Shown here: positions 26,881 to 35,700 of the stretch, piece after piece
Layout: every line of letters begins with the position of its first letter
Position numbering within the stretch: position 1 is the stretch's first letter
IMG/VR virus record: IMGVR_UViG_3300031132_000323
Location: 3,113-67,112 of that record
DNA: 64,000 nucleotides
From: a virus
Reading direction: 5' to 3' (one strand)
Made by a program: the position numbers and the translations under genes
Notes under the pieces: model-generated
Seen by the model: the letters and a program-made list of their open reading frames with translations, nothing else
Database searches by the model: none
Told to the model about the DNA's origin: nothing

Positions 26881-27056
26881 CAGGCCTCATCCTTCTCGAC
26901 CGGCAGGCGGCGGGCCGCGCTCACGCCGCCGGCCAGCAACAGGATTCCGGCCATGATGAAGCCGGCGGCCGGGTGCAGCAGACCCGCACCATAGGACAGC
27001 GCCCCGGCGCCGCTGACGATAAGGGCGTCGGGAACCATCGTGATCAGTTTTTTCAT
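26880..27056 (-). CDS. 58-aa membrane protein between terminase and portal (missing from the ORF track)
   Basis: MKKLITMVPDALIVSGAGALSYGAGLLHPAAGFIMAGILLLAGGV; TGATG overlaps on both sides. Confidence 0.8.
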   Translation of the reverse strand: MKKLITMVPDALIVSGAGALSYGAGLLHPAAGFIMAGILLLAGGVSAARRLPVEKDEA

Positions 27057-28732
27057 CAGGATTCCCAGAATGATGTTGCAGCGAACTCGCCGCTGATGGC
27101 TCTGCCCACACCCATGATCGCAGCCACCGGGCCGTCGATCTTCTGCTCGGGCTTTTCCTTGCGGGGGTAGATGTTGTCCTTAGCGTCCAGCTTCGCGACG
27201 ACGTTGGACATCATCCAGGTCAGCATGGGATTGCCGTCGTGGTGCACGCGGCCGGCCTTGATCGCGCTCTCGAGCTCCTTCATCGGGAGCGACATGTTGG
27301 CCACAATCTGCCGGAACTCGACGGCGGTGATGCCGTTTTTGGTCAGCCGCTGCTCCAACTGCGCCGCCCGGTACGGGTCGAACACGACCTCCTCCGGTCC
27401 GTACTCGCTCACCAGCTCAAGGGTGTCTTGCTCGATCAGATCGAAGTCGATCTCGGCACCGTCGTGCTGCTCAAGGAAGCCCTCGATCACCCACTTGCGG
27501 TACGCGCCCGAGTTCTTCGGGTCATTCTCGATTGCATGCTCAGGCAGGTAGTAGCGGCCGAACAGGTAGAAGTGTTGCTTCCCGTCGATCACCCTCACGA
27601 ACATCAGCATGATCACGCAGACGTCCGAGCGGCTTGCCAGGTCCAGCGTGATGTAGCACCGCTCACCCTTGAACTGCTCAGGGCGCAGCGTGCGGTCCAT
27701 GCACTTATTCCAGTCCAGAAGGTTCAGCCAGGCAGACTTCGCCGAGCACCAGATGTTCAGGTGCTTGGTCTTGAAGCGGGTCTGTTTGGACGCGCTCTGG
27801 ATCGCCCCGCGCTGCTGCGCCAGCAGGAAGTCTTCGTCGACCGAGATCCCGAAGTTCGGGTTGGCCTTGCGCAGCGCCTCCGGCTTCGTCCAGTCGTCGC
27901 CCTCGTCGATCGTGTAGATCAGGGCGAACAGCTCGGGGTCGTCGAGGACGCCCTCAAGCACCTTCTTGGCCTCGACCTCCTGGTCGTAGCACGGGCCAGC
28001 GATGTTGAAGCCGGCCGTCGTGATCATGAGCAGCAGCGGCTGTTCGCGCGCGCCCATGCCGGTCTCCATCGTGTCGACCAGCTCGGACGTATCGTGCTCG
28101 TGGTACTCATCGACGATCGCGCAGGACGGCGAGGCGCCGTCGCCAGGCTTGCCGATGACCGGCTCGAAGCGCGACCCATCGGCCGGCACCAGCAGCGCCT
28201 TGGCCCACACCTCAGCGCCCAGCGCCTGCTGCAGCTCCGGCGTGCGTTCGAGCATCTGCTTAGCCGGGCGGAACACCTCCCAAGCCTGCGCCTCGGTGGT
28301 TGCGCCCGAGTAGACCTCGGCGCCGAACTCGCCGTCGACCGAGAACATGTACAAGCCGATGCCAGAACCGATGATCGACTTGCCGTTCTTTCGCGGTACT
28401 GCGAAGTACGCTTTTCGGTACCGGCGCCGGTCGTTCTTCTTGATCTTCCAGCCGAACAGCGCGACGAATCCGAAGCACTGCCATGGCTCCAGCGTGATCG
28501 TCTCGCGCTTTCGCGCCCACTTGCCTTTGGTATGGGGCATCAGCGACAGGAACGTGCAAACCTTATTGGCCGCATCCTCGTCGAAGTAATACGGGAATGC
28601 CTTTCGCCGGCTGGCCTTCAGATCGTCCAGGTGCTTTTTGCAGGCCAGCTTGACCCACTTGCATGCGACGATCTTGCCTTTGACGACTGCCTGCGCGTAT
28701 TCCAGTGCCTTGCCGACAAAATCGGCCGGCAT
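27056..28732 (-). CDS. terL: Terminase large subunit
   Basis: Walker A PRKNGKS, Walker B IVDEYHEH, ITTAG, KIDGPVA. Confidence 0.98.
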   Translation of the reverse strand: MPADFVGKALEYAQAVVKGKIVACKWVKLACKKHLDDLKASRRKAFPYYFDEDAANKVCTFLSLMPHTKGKWARKRETITLEPWQCFGFVALFGWKIKKNDRRRYRKAYFAVPRKNGKSIIGSGIGLYMFSVDGEFGAEVYSGATTEAQAWEVFRPAKQMLERTPELQQALGAEVWAKALLVPADGSRFEPVIGKPGDGASPSCAIVDEYHEHDTSELVDTMETGMGAREQPLLLMITTAGFNIAGPCYDQEVEAKKVLEGVLDDPELFALIYTIDEGDDWTKPEALRKANPNFGISVDEDFLLAQQRGAIQSASKQTRFKTKHLNIWCSAKSAWLNLLDWNKCMDRTLRPEQFKGERCYITLDLASRSDVCVIMLMFVRVIDGKQHFYLFGRYYLPEHAIENDPKNSGAYRKWVIEGFLEQHDGAEIDFDLIEQDTLELVSEYGPEEVVFDPYRAAQLEQRLTKNGITAVEFRQIVANMSLPMKELESAIKAGRVHHDGNPMLTWMMSNVVAKLDAKDNIYPRKEKPEQKIDGPVAAIMGVGRAISGEFAATSFWES

Positions 28733-28734
28733 GC

Positions 28735-29139
28735 TCAGTGTGCCTTTTTACCGCCGCCCATCATTTCGAGGAACGGGTTGGATTGAGGCTCCTTCTTCGC
28801 CGAGACGCGGGACCGGTCGGCCGGCGTCATGCCGAGCACCGCGAGGGCGGTCCTGATCTGCGCGACCTGGGCCGACGTCACCTCCGTATCCGGTTGCGCA
28901 CGGAAGTTGGCGATCAGGCGCGCCGCCAGCTCGACCGCAATGTGGTCGGTGGCCTGCAGGACCGATGCCGGCAACGCGGTGACGATCTCGGTCCAAACAG
29001 CTTTTTGCTTGACGGTGAAGTACTTCGGCGGCGCCGGGTCGAAGGCGCCGGCTTCGAAGTCTTCGCGACGACGGCCGGGGTCCTTGTCAAAAGCACCCCG
29101 AGCCTCGAGCACCGTCGAAGGGGTTCGGGGTTTGGGCAT
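28735..29139 (-). CDS. terS: Terminase small subunit (P27-like)
   Basis: LGMTPADRSRV motif; directly upstream of terL. Confidence 0.9.
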   Translation of the reverse strand: MPKPRTPSTVLEARGAFDKDPGRRREDFEAGAFDPAPPKYFTVKQKAVWTEIVTALPASVLQATDHIAVELAARLIANFRAQPDTEVTSAQVAQIRTALAVLGMTPADRSRVSAKKEPQSNPFLEMMGGGKKAH

Positions 29140-29240
29140 CGGTAGCCCTCCTAATACTCAGAATTCTGAATTGCGGAAGTAAGAATTGTGCGGACTAGTC
29201 GGTCTAGGTCCGAAAAGGCCCCAAGACCTACCCCGCCCGG
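29140..29240. other. Probable cos packaging region
   Basis: Between the packaging HNH and terS as in HK97-like phages; exact cut site not determined. Confidence 0.45.
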
Positions 29241-29608
29241 GTACGTTCGGCAGCTGTCTTTGCCTTGTGGCAAGTGCCGCAGGTTGCCTGCAGGTTTGAG
29301 TCGTCCTCGATCTGCTCATCGGTCCAGCCCAGGGCGCGCGCAGCGGCCTTGTTGACCTTGTGGTCAACCTCCCCCGCGATGAATCGGCAGGCTGGACCCC
29401 TGATCTGGCAGAGGCCAGCATCGCGACTCAGGATGCGCTCACGGCGCTTTTGCCAAGCGTAGTCGTAGCCGCGCTCACTGCTGGTCTTGCCGCCGTTGCT
29501 GCGCTCCCAGCCTGACGACTGTTTGGCGTGCTTCGCGCAGTAGCCCGGGGCATCCACGAGCGCGCCGCACGCCGCCTTTCGACAGATCGACTTCGGGCGT
29601 GCAGGCAT
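29228..29608 (-). CDS. HNH endonuclease (terminase-associated, HK97 gp74-like)
   Basis: RGY...W.K.R...L.RD.GLC...VDH...NLQ..C..CHK.KT. Confidence 0.92.
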   Translation of the reverse strand: MPARPKSICRKAACGALVDAPGYCAKHAKQSSGWERSNGGKTSSERGYDYAWQKRRERILSRDAGLCQIRGPACRFIAGEVDHKVNKAAARALGWTDEQIEDDSNLQATCGTCHKAKTAAERTRAG

Positions 29609-29617
29609 GAAACCTCT

Positions 29618-30616
29618 TCATTTATTAAGCAACTCGGCTAGGCGCGCAAGAACATCATCGGTAGATCCGTCCGACTTCAAGCCATTGCACCGCCGGCATG
29701 CGCATTGCGTATTGCGATACGAGTGCTCACCACCGCCAGCCAGTGCTACGATGTGGTCAAGCTCAGGCGCGTCGTCGTCATACGTGCCGCGCTTACTTCT
29801 CGGCGTAGCAACGTGACATATCTGACACGTCCAGCCATCACGCTCGAACACGGCGAGCGGGTCAACTGTCTCGACGGTTACCGCTTTCTGACGGGCGCGG
29901 CGCAGTACCTTAGCGGCCAGTCGCTGGGCCCTAGCTCGAGCCAGCGCGCACGGCGCACAAAGCGTCGCGGTGCCATGGCCGTAGATCGGGCAGAACTCGC
30001 TATCACACCCTTCGCATCGGACAGCACGCCCCGCAGTCGCATGCGCCCGCCGTGCACCTAGTCGAGTAGCGCATGCTCGACTGCACGTCGACTTTTCGTA
30101 GCGTGACACGAATGGGGTGCTGCACGCTTGGCAGTGTAGGCCGAAGCACCTGGTGTAAGGCCCCTTGCTTAGGCGCGCCTCCAGTGCGTCTGCCGCATAC
30201 GCAGCATCCCGACAAGGTAGGGAGCAGTACTTGTTCACGTAGCCCGCGGCTGCGTTCGCGCCACCAAGACGACGAGCAGCATGGGCGCCGCACCTCGCGC
30301 ACTTGAATGCCCGCTTTTTCGCAGTCGAAGCAGCTAATGAAGCAAGGTAGTCAGCGCGAGGCAGGCCGGTCGCACTATTGCGCCGATCCCTCTCGCGATA
30401 CTTACACTGGTCGGAGCAGAACTTTTGGTGGGCAAACCCAGGGACGAAGGTGGCGCGGCAGTGAGCGCATGCGATACTACCCTGTCGCCATGCTCCTTTT
30501 GCGCGGCCTACCTGCTTTCCCATGCACTCTTGGCAGTACTTGCCGTACTTGCCAGACTTGAACACTTTCGTGACCGGCTGGCCGCACGGGCACGCTGGCG
30601 CGACGCTTATCTGCAT
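29618..30616 (-). CDS. HNH endonuclease with multiple N-terminal Cys zinc-finger repeats
   Basis: About five CxxC...(F/Y/T)CSxxC-like units; VFERDGWTCQIC...ELDHIVAL..GG.H...N.QCAC..CN..K. Confidence 0.85.
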   Translation of the reverse strand: MQISVAPACPCGQPVTKVFKSGKYGKYCQECMGKQVGRAKGAWRQGSIACAHCRATFVPGFAHQKFCSDQCKYRERDRRNSATGLPRADYLASLAASTAKKRAFKCARCGAHAARRLGGANAAAGYVNKYCSLPCRDAAYAADALEARLSKGPYTRCFGLHCQACSTPFVSRYEKSTCSRACATRLGARRAHATAGRAVRCEGCDSEFCPIYGHGTATLCAPCALARARAQRLAAKVLRRARQKAVTVETVDPLAVFERDGWTCQICHVATPRSKRGTYDDDAPELDHIVALAGGGEHSYRNTQCACRRCNGLKSDGSTDDVLARLAELLNK

Positions 30617-30692
30617 AATCACAACATCCAGAACCGTTGGGCTAGATGATAGCTCGCTCAGCAAAAACAGGGGGCGGCAAGCGGTCCAAACA

Positions 30693-31142
30693 TCAGCTCA
30701 GCGGAGCGCCCATGTATCGCGCAATGCCCCCGATGCTGGTGTCGCAAGGCGGCAGGTTCGACGTGCGCTCCATGAACTCACGATGCGCATGCTCGGTACG
30801 CGCCCGCATCCAGGCATCGAAGCCCCATTTGCACAGCGTGTCGCGCGCCCGCTTGTGTTCGAGTTCGCGGTCGTACTCGACGTCGCGAATCAGGCGTACC
30901 GGAACGCCGAACGCGCGGGCCACTTCTTCTACAGTGAATTTCTGGAATGCCGCGAGATCCGCGACAGCGCCCATCTGAACATTGGCGCCTTGGACGCAGC
31001 ATGGTTGCGCCGACTGCGCAGCCATGCGCTTGCGGGTGTATTGGATTGACCAAGCCGCAACGGCGAAACCGCCAGCGCCGCACAGGGCGCAAGCGAGAAT
31101 GAGGGTGACTTGGAACATGGCAAACTCCAGTTGCTGATTCAA
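30693..31142 (-). CDS. Hypothetical protein with N-terminal TM segment
   Basis: ORF in the late operon, stop/start overlap. Confidence 0.55.
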   Translation of the reverse strand: MNQQLEFAMFQVTLILACALCGAGGFAVAAWSIQYTRKRMAAQSAQPCCVQGANVQMGAVADLAAFQKFTVEEVARAFGVPVRLIRDVEYDRELEHKRARDTLCKWGFDAWMRARTEHAHREFMERTSNLPPCDTSIGGIARYMGAPLS

Positions 31143-31288
31143 CCGCGGCGCATCCGATGCAGGCGCCGCACATAGCGGCGGCGATCCAGCTGCGACAGCA
31201 CGAGGGCAAGTACGCCGATGAAGGCCAGGCCAGGCACAACCAACAGGCCGAGCGAGGCGCCCAATGCAATCCAGGTCAGGGCGCTCAT
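31139..31288 (-). CDS. 49-aa membrane protein
   Basis: MSALTWIALGASLGLLVVPGLAFIGVLALVLSQLDRRR; ATGA overlaps. Confidence 0.6.
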   Translation of the reverse strand: MSALTWIALGASLGLLVVPGLAFIGVLALVLSQLDRRRYVRRLHRMRRG

Positions 31289-31578
31289 GCAGTGTGGCGC
31301 GCGGCCGGGATCGGATAGTGCGCCGGCGTGCGCGGCGCGAACATTCGGGCCAGCATGCCGGGCGTGTAGTTCGGCACCTCGCGCGTCAGCTCGAGAAAGG
31401 TGCGGCCGCCGCGGCCATAGCCTTTGGCCTGCAGCGCAGACTGAGCCAGCTCACTGTCCGCAAGGTGCTCGGCGATCTGACGCAGGCGCTCCGGGTTGTC
31501 GACCTTGGCAGCGTGGGCGTGCGGGCCCAGTACGGCGCGCAGGATCTCGGCGCGGTAGATGTCGACGATGCCTTTCAT
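31285..31578 (-). CDS. Hypothetical protein
   Basis: MKGIVDIYRAEILR; ATGA overlaps. Confidence 0.65.
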   Translation of the reverse strand: MKGIVDIYRAEILRAVLGPHAHAAKVDNPERLRQIAEHLADSELAQSALQAKGYGRGGRTFLELTREVPNYTPGMLARMFAPRTPAHYPIPAARHTA

Positions 31579-31766
31579 GCGATGTCCTTGATGATCTCGG
31601 GTATGCGGCCGATGCGTTCGCGCAGCGCCTCGCCGGCCAGCAGCTGCGGGCGCATGTGCGAGATAGTCGGGCGGCCCGCTGAGTCGCGTGCGAGGATCTC
31701 GACCTCGCCAACACGGCGCACGACGTCGCCGCCGATCTCGACTTTCATCATGACCGGCTGACGCAT
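31575..31766 (-). CDS. Hypothetical protein, first ORF of the late operon
   Basis: GAGG RBS, MRQPVMMKVEIGG. Confidence 0.6.
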   Translation of the reverse strand: MRQPVMMKVEIGGDVVRRVGEVEILARDSAGRPTISHMRPQLLAGEALRERIGRIPEIIKDIA

Positions 31767-31779
31767 CGCGTACCTCAAA

Positions 31780-32065
31780 TAAAAAAGCCGCCGGCGCATT
31801 GCTGCGACAGGCGGCGAAGTCCAAAAGACTCTTGGCGGAGGAGATGGGTTGCGGCGGAAGCGTCCAGGGCTTAGTTTCACGCAGACTCTGAACGGCAAAG
31901 GGTGCTCCCACCACACCGCCGCTGACTGCTCGCCCCAAAGCACCCAGCCTCTCGTATAACCGGGCGCTAGGAGTAAGTAGTATCGTGAGCAATCAGCGGT
32001 GGTGTGGCGCCTCGACTGGCGAGGTCCACTTGCGAGCCCCGATGCTATCTGCAGGGTGGGCCGCA
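31780..32065 (-). ncRNA. Putative structured late-leader RNA
   Basis: 21-bp stem 31911-31931/31987-32007 enclosing an 11-bp GU-rich stem; bounded by terminators. Confidence 0.45.
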
Positions 32066-32068
32066 AAA

Positions 32069-32094
32069 TAAAAAGCCCACCAATGGGTGGGCTA
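32069..32094 (-). terminator. tR'-like terminator at the start of the late region
   Basis: AGCCCACC-CATT-GGTGGGCT-TTTTATTTT. Confidence 0.8.
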
Positions 32095-32210
32095 TCTAGA
32101 TATTTCAGGCGAGCGCCGGCTTTACTGCGGGCTGGGCACTCGTCTACCTCGGGTTATGGTGGCGCTTTCGCGCACATTACATTGGACCGAGGGAATTGGA
32201 AGACTGAAGT

Positions 32211-32939
32211 TTACGCCTGTTCCGCTTGCTTTACAACACGTTTTTCGGCGCGTCGACGTCGAGCAACGAATGCTGCAGCGCCGACAGCGATGAGAGCCAT
32301 CGAGCCAGGCTCCGGGATGTTGGCGCCAGCATAATAGGACGGTGGGCGCACCGGGGTTTCGCCGGCAGAGATCGAGCGGATTTGAATATTGTCTAACCTG
32401 TCTGTGCCGAACGAAATGCTGGTGACGCCGCCTTGACCAGTATAGGTGTAGTAGCCAGACATGAATCCGAGATATTGTCGATCACACGCACCTGACGAGG
32501 GTCCATACCAAGCTGGCGCGCCTGGGTAGGTGGTGCAGTACGGGTTGCCGTTACCGGCAATCCAAATAGAGTCCATAAATCCGCTTTCGTACGAAACAAA
32601 TGCGGAGCCGCCATCTATGTCATCGCGCGCAGCACTAAACGTGATGTAGTAGTTATCGGACCCCAGAGCCGCGCGAATCTTGTTCGGATCTAAAGTCATG
32701 ATTACGGGCCCCGAAAGATAACCCCCAAGAGACGTGTACCTGACCCGATCCTGACTAAAGCTGATGCCGTAGTCGGGCGAGCCTGCCCTGTTCAGGCTGT
32801 CGCGCCCGCCATTGTAGTAATCGTGGATGTCCGTGCCGTATGCGAACAGATCGAAATTCAGGTTGATGGTGGTGGCGGACGCCATCGGTGCAGCGGCAAA
32901 TAACAGCGAAGCCGCAGTAGCGAAAATAGTTTTAATCAT
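32211..32939 (-). CDS. PEP-CTERM exosortase-sorted surface protein
   Basis: Signal peptide; C-terminal IPEPGSMALIAVGAAAFVARRRR. Confidence 0.93.
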   Translation of the reverse strand: MIKTIFATAASLLFAAAPMASATTINLNFDLFAYGTDIHDYYNGGRDSLNRAGSPDYGISFSQDRVRYTSLGGYLSGPVIMTLDPNKIRAALGSDNYYITFSAARDDIDGGSAFVSYESGFMDSIWIAGNGNPYCTTYPGAPAWYGPSSGACDRQYLGFMSGYYTYTGQGGVTSISFGTDRLDNIQIRSISAGETPVRPPSYYAGANIPEPGSMALIAVGAAAFVARRRRAEKRVVKQAEQA

Positions 32940-32975
32940 TATGAACTCTCCCTAGAATTTTATGCAGGGAGCTCT

Positions 32976-33060
32976 AGCAACTATCGTGCCAAATCAATAA
33001 GCCTTTTAAATTCAACATCTTTTAGACGCAACCTGACAGATACTGTAAAGTTTCCCGACA
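32976..33060 (-). promoter_or_regulatory. Sigma54 promoter plus 17-bp enhancer box
   Basis: TGGCACGATAGTTGCT (32991-32976); TGTCGGGAAACTTTACA (33060-33044). Confidence 0.85.
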
Positions 33061-33063
33061 TCA

Positions 33064-33612
33064 TCATGCAGCCTTGCGCATCTTGGCGCCGGCGCGCGCA
33101 GCGTGCGACTGATACAGGCCTTCTAGGTCGCTGATCATGTCCTTGATGCGCTCGCGCAGGAGGCCGCTGCCCTCCACCGGCTCGCGGCCAGGCGTCTCGG
33201 TGCAGTGCGTGCACGCGCGGCCGGCGTGGATCTTCGTGCCTTTGCATACCGAGCACTCCCCGCCGAGCCAGTGCGCCAGGGACTGCAGCGCGATCTTGTT
33301 GCAGATGCCTTCGAGCGCCGGGATGTCCCATGGGTTGACGATCTTCAGCCACTTGCGGTCTTTGCCCTTCTGGAAAACCGCCTCCTTCCACACACGCAGG
33401 AGCACCGCCAGGCTGTGACTGCCGGATGCGATCGCCTCGCGCGGCACGCCGTCGATCTTGGCGCGCGCGAGCATGCTGCCGAAGATGCTGCCCGAGCCGC
33501 CCGACAGGTCCGCTAGCGCCGCCGCCGCCAGGGCTTCGGTCTGGTGATGCTTGTCGTCGTCCAGCAGGTTCGTGCTGTTCAGTGCATTCAGGTAGCGGTC
33601 TTCGAAAGGCAT
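33064..33612 (-). CDS. Late-gene antiterminator, lambda Q-like
   Basis: Last early-right gene; CSVCKG...CTHC zinc finger followed by a helical C-terminus. Confidence 0.7.
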   Translation of the reverse strand: MPFEDRYLNALNSTNLLDDDKHHQTEALAAAALADLSGGSGSIFGSMLARAKIDGVPREAIASGSHSLAVLLRVWKEAVFQKGKDRKWLKIVNPWDIPALEGICNKIALQSLAHWLGGECSVCKGTKIHAGRACTHCTETPGREPVEGSGLLRERIKDMISDLEGLYQSHAARAGAKMRKAA

Positions 33613-33757
33613 TTCTATCTCCGGTGGTATGGATGAGTTCCAACTGCCAGAAGCTTACCACTCTGAATCAATAAAATTGCCCTGCACTAAGTTTTCTAAA
33701 TTGAAATATGTGGTTTTTCGCGTAGATTTAGATAGAACAATTGTAATTCTTTATTTC

Positions 33758-33853
33758 CGTCGGATAACTTTACACCCTTTTCCCAACAGTATCTTAGAAA
33801 CCTTACAAGGCATTGATTAATTTGGAAATGTAACGAATGGTATGGAAATTGCT
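33758..33853 (+). promoter_or_regulatory. 17-bp enhancer box, IHF site and sigma54 promoter
   Basis: CGTCGGATAACTTTACA (33758-33774); reverse AATCAATGCCTTG matches WATCAANNNNTTR (33806-33818); TGGTATGGAAATTGCT (33838-33853). Confidence 0.85.
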
Positions 33854-33892
33854 ATGAGTTAGCTTTCATAATAATGATTGCTAACACTCACC

Positions 33893-34522
33893 ATGATGAA
33901 GAAACTTCTTGCATTGGCCGCAACTGCGCTTCTTTCGACCAGCGCTTCTGCTGGATATATTCAATACAACTTTTACGGCGCGACCGGCCCCTACAATTCA
34001 GGAATGAGTACGCTCGTTATTCGAGAAGAAGACAAATCTGTAGCTTTCTATCGGATAGAAACTCCCGGCGGCACCTTCCGTCCTCGAGAGCGCGCTGAGA
34101 GCTATCACCAAAGTTGGCTGCTCGAAACAACTACCAGCTTTATCGGCCTGGGCCCGACCAATATGTATGTGCGGGACATTCAGCTAGAAGATTACAGTAG
34201 CCAGATGTGGATCCTCTTTAGCGAAGGAGCGACCCCAGACACATTTAATTACACCATGCGCGTATTCAGCCAGCCAGGGCCGCAATCTCCACATCCTGAA
34301 ACCTTCCCTACGCGCGACGTGACCTACTCTGGCTTTGTGACTCAAGTGCCAATGGACGCTAGTCTCGCGAACACCCTGGACAACTACAATACCTACGTAA
34401 TCCCGAGGGACATCCCTTACTATGACCCGACGCAAGTCCCAGAGCCAGGCAGCCTGGCCCTGCTGGCAGTCGGTGCGCTCAGTGCAGTCGGCGTAGCACG
34501 CCGTCGCAAGAAGTCCGCATAA
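33893..34522 (+). CDS. PEP-CTERM exosortase-sorted surface protein
   Basis: Signal peptide MMKKLLALAATALLSTSASA; C-terminal VPEPGSLALLAVGALSAVGVARRRKK. Confidence 0.93.
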   Translation: MMKKLLALAATALLSTSASAGYIQYNFYGATGPYNSGMSTLVIREEDKSVAFYRIETPGGTFRPRERAESYHQSWLLETTTSFIGLGPTNMYVRDIQLEDYSSQMWILFSEGATPDTFNYTMRVFSQPGPQSPHPETFPTRDVTYSGFVTQVPMDASLANTLDNYNTYVIPRDIPYYDPTQVPEPGSLALLAVGALSAVGVARRRKKSA

Positions 34523-34568
34523 TTTGGCAAGATCACCGCGTGCTGACGGCGCGCGGGTTGCCGCCGGC

Positions 34569-34970
34569 TTACGCTGCCTCTACCAGCAGGTCGAGCGGCG
34601 TACCAATCTCGATACGCACGCCGCCCGGCTTCGACCCGTACTCGCGCCGGATTGTCACCGGGTCGAACTGACTGTCATTGATCTCCAGGGCGTCAGCCAC
34701 GCCGTCCAGCGCCGGCTTGCAAGCGGCCAGCAGGTTGTCGCGGTCGCGGTGGCGCCGGTCCGGTTGAATGAACGTTATCACCAGCGGGACCGTGTCGGCC
34801 TTGCTGCGCTCGACGGTGTACCAGGGCGTACCGAGCGCCGTCACCCGAGTCATGGTGTACGCCGCCGAGCGAGCGGACTTGCGCAGGGCCGACGTGGCAG
34901 CCCAGTGCACGCCCTTCGACCGATTCGGGTTGAGCTTTGAGCTTGGGAACGGTAGATCGATCACGATCAC
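34569..34970 (-). CDS. rusA: RusA-like Holliday junction resolvase
   Basis: PDRRHRDRDNLLAACKPALDGVADALEINDSQF. Confidence 0.85.
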   Translation of the reverse strand: MIVIDLPFPSSKLNPNRSKGVHWAATSALRKSARSAAYTMTRVTALGTPWYTVERSKADTVPLVITFIQPDRRHRDRDNLLAACKPALDGVADALEINDSQFDPVTIRREYGSKPGGVRIEIGTPLDLLVEAA

Positions 34971-35221
34971 TGGCGCGCCTCCACGGATGCCGCGACAACG
35001 CTGGCCAGCCGGTGCAGCCTGGCGTTGAACCAGCGGCGAATCGTGTACGAACGCACCACGCTGATAACCGTGTAGATGCAGCCCATCAGGAAGTTGGCGC
35101 CAGGTGTGATGTGGAACCCGAACATCGGGAAGATCAGCATGTTCGCGGTATAGTTGATGGCGAACCCGATGATCACGTTGATGATGGCTTCGATGAACGA
35201 GCCGAGGCGGGTCTGAGTCAT
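34967..35221 (-). CDS. Conserved small phage membrane protein
   Basis: QTRLGSFIEAIINVIIG...ISVVRSYTIRRWFN. Confidence 0.8.
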   Translation of the reverse strand: MTQTRLGSFIEAIINVIIGFAINYTANMLIFPMFGFHITPGANFLMGCIYTVISVVRSYTIRRWFNARLHRLASVVAASVEARQ

Positions 35222-35691
35222 TTATCGAACTCCGGCGAGGTGATGGTGTAGTGCACCGGGTTGCGGTCAGCGTAGCGGTCGATGATGTCGGCGGCGCCGG
35301 CGTTCAGGCCCGGATAGAACGGCACCGAGCGTGGCGGGCGGTCGTCTGTGAACTTCCCTTGCATCATGGCGTCTCGCAGGACCACCAGCGAGGTGATCGC
35401 CTTCGTGATGTGCGACATACCCGAATCCGGGTCCAGGTCCTCACCCTCCCACCAGGCCATCAGGTGCCGCATCGTGCCGTCGTAGTAGACGGAGCCGCGC
35501 ACGCCCACGGCGCGGTAGTTGTGGCGGCCGTACTTGCTCGCCCCTTCCAGCATGGCTACGCCAATCTCGGCCAGCACCGAAGCCGGCACCGTCGACATCG
35601 GCGCCTTGCGCACGCCCACCATGTCCTTCGGGTTCGTCGGCTTCGCATCCTCGATCGGGTGGAAGGTCAGCATTTCGTGGGAGCCGTTCAT
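35218..35691 (-). CDS. dATP/dGTP diphosphohydrolase-domain protein (DUF5664-like)
   Basis: GASKYGRHNYR...SVYYDGTMRHLMAWWEGEDLDPDSGMSHI. Confidence 0.8.
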   Translation of the reverse strand: MNGSHEMLTFHPIEDAKPTNPKDMVGVRKAPMSTVPASVLAEIGVAMLEGASKYGRHNYRAVGVRGSVYYDGTMRHLMAWWEGEDLDPDSGMSHITKAITSLVVLRDAMMQGKFTDDRPPRSVPFYPGLNAGAADIIDRYADRNPVHYTITSPEFDK

Positions 35692-35700
35692 GTCATCCTT

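Noticed and set aside
31935-31980. Twister or hammerhead ribozyme resemblance
   Set aside because: Required catalytic core motifs are not present in the right order
35218-35691. Z-genome (2-aminoadenine) pathway
   Set aside because: No PurZ or dedicated polymerase in the window
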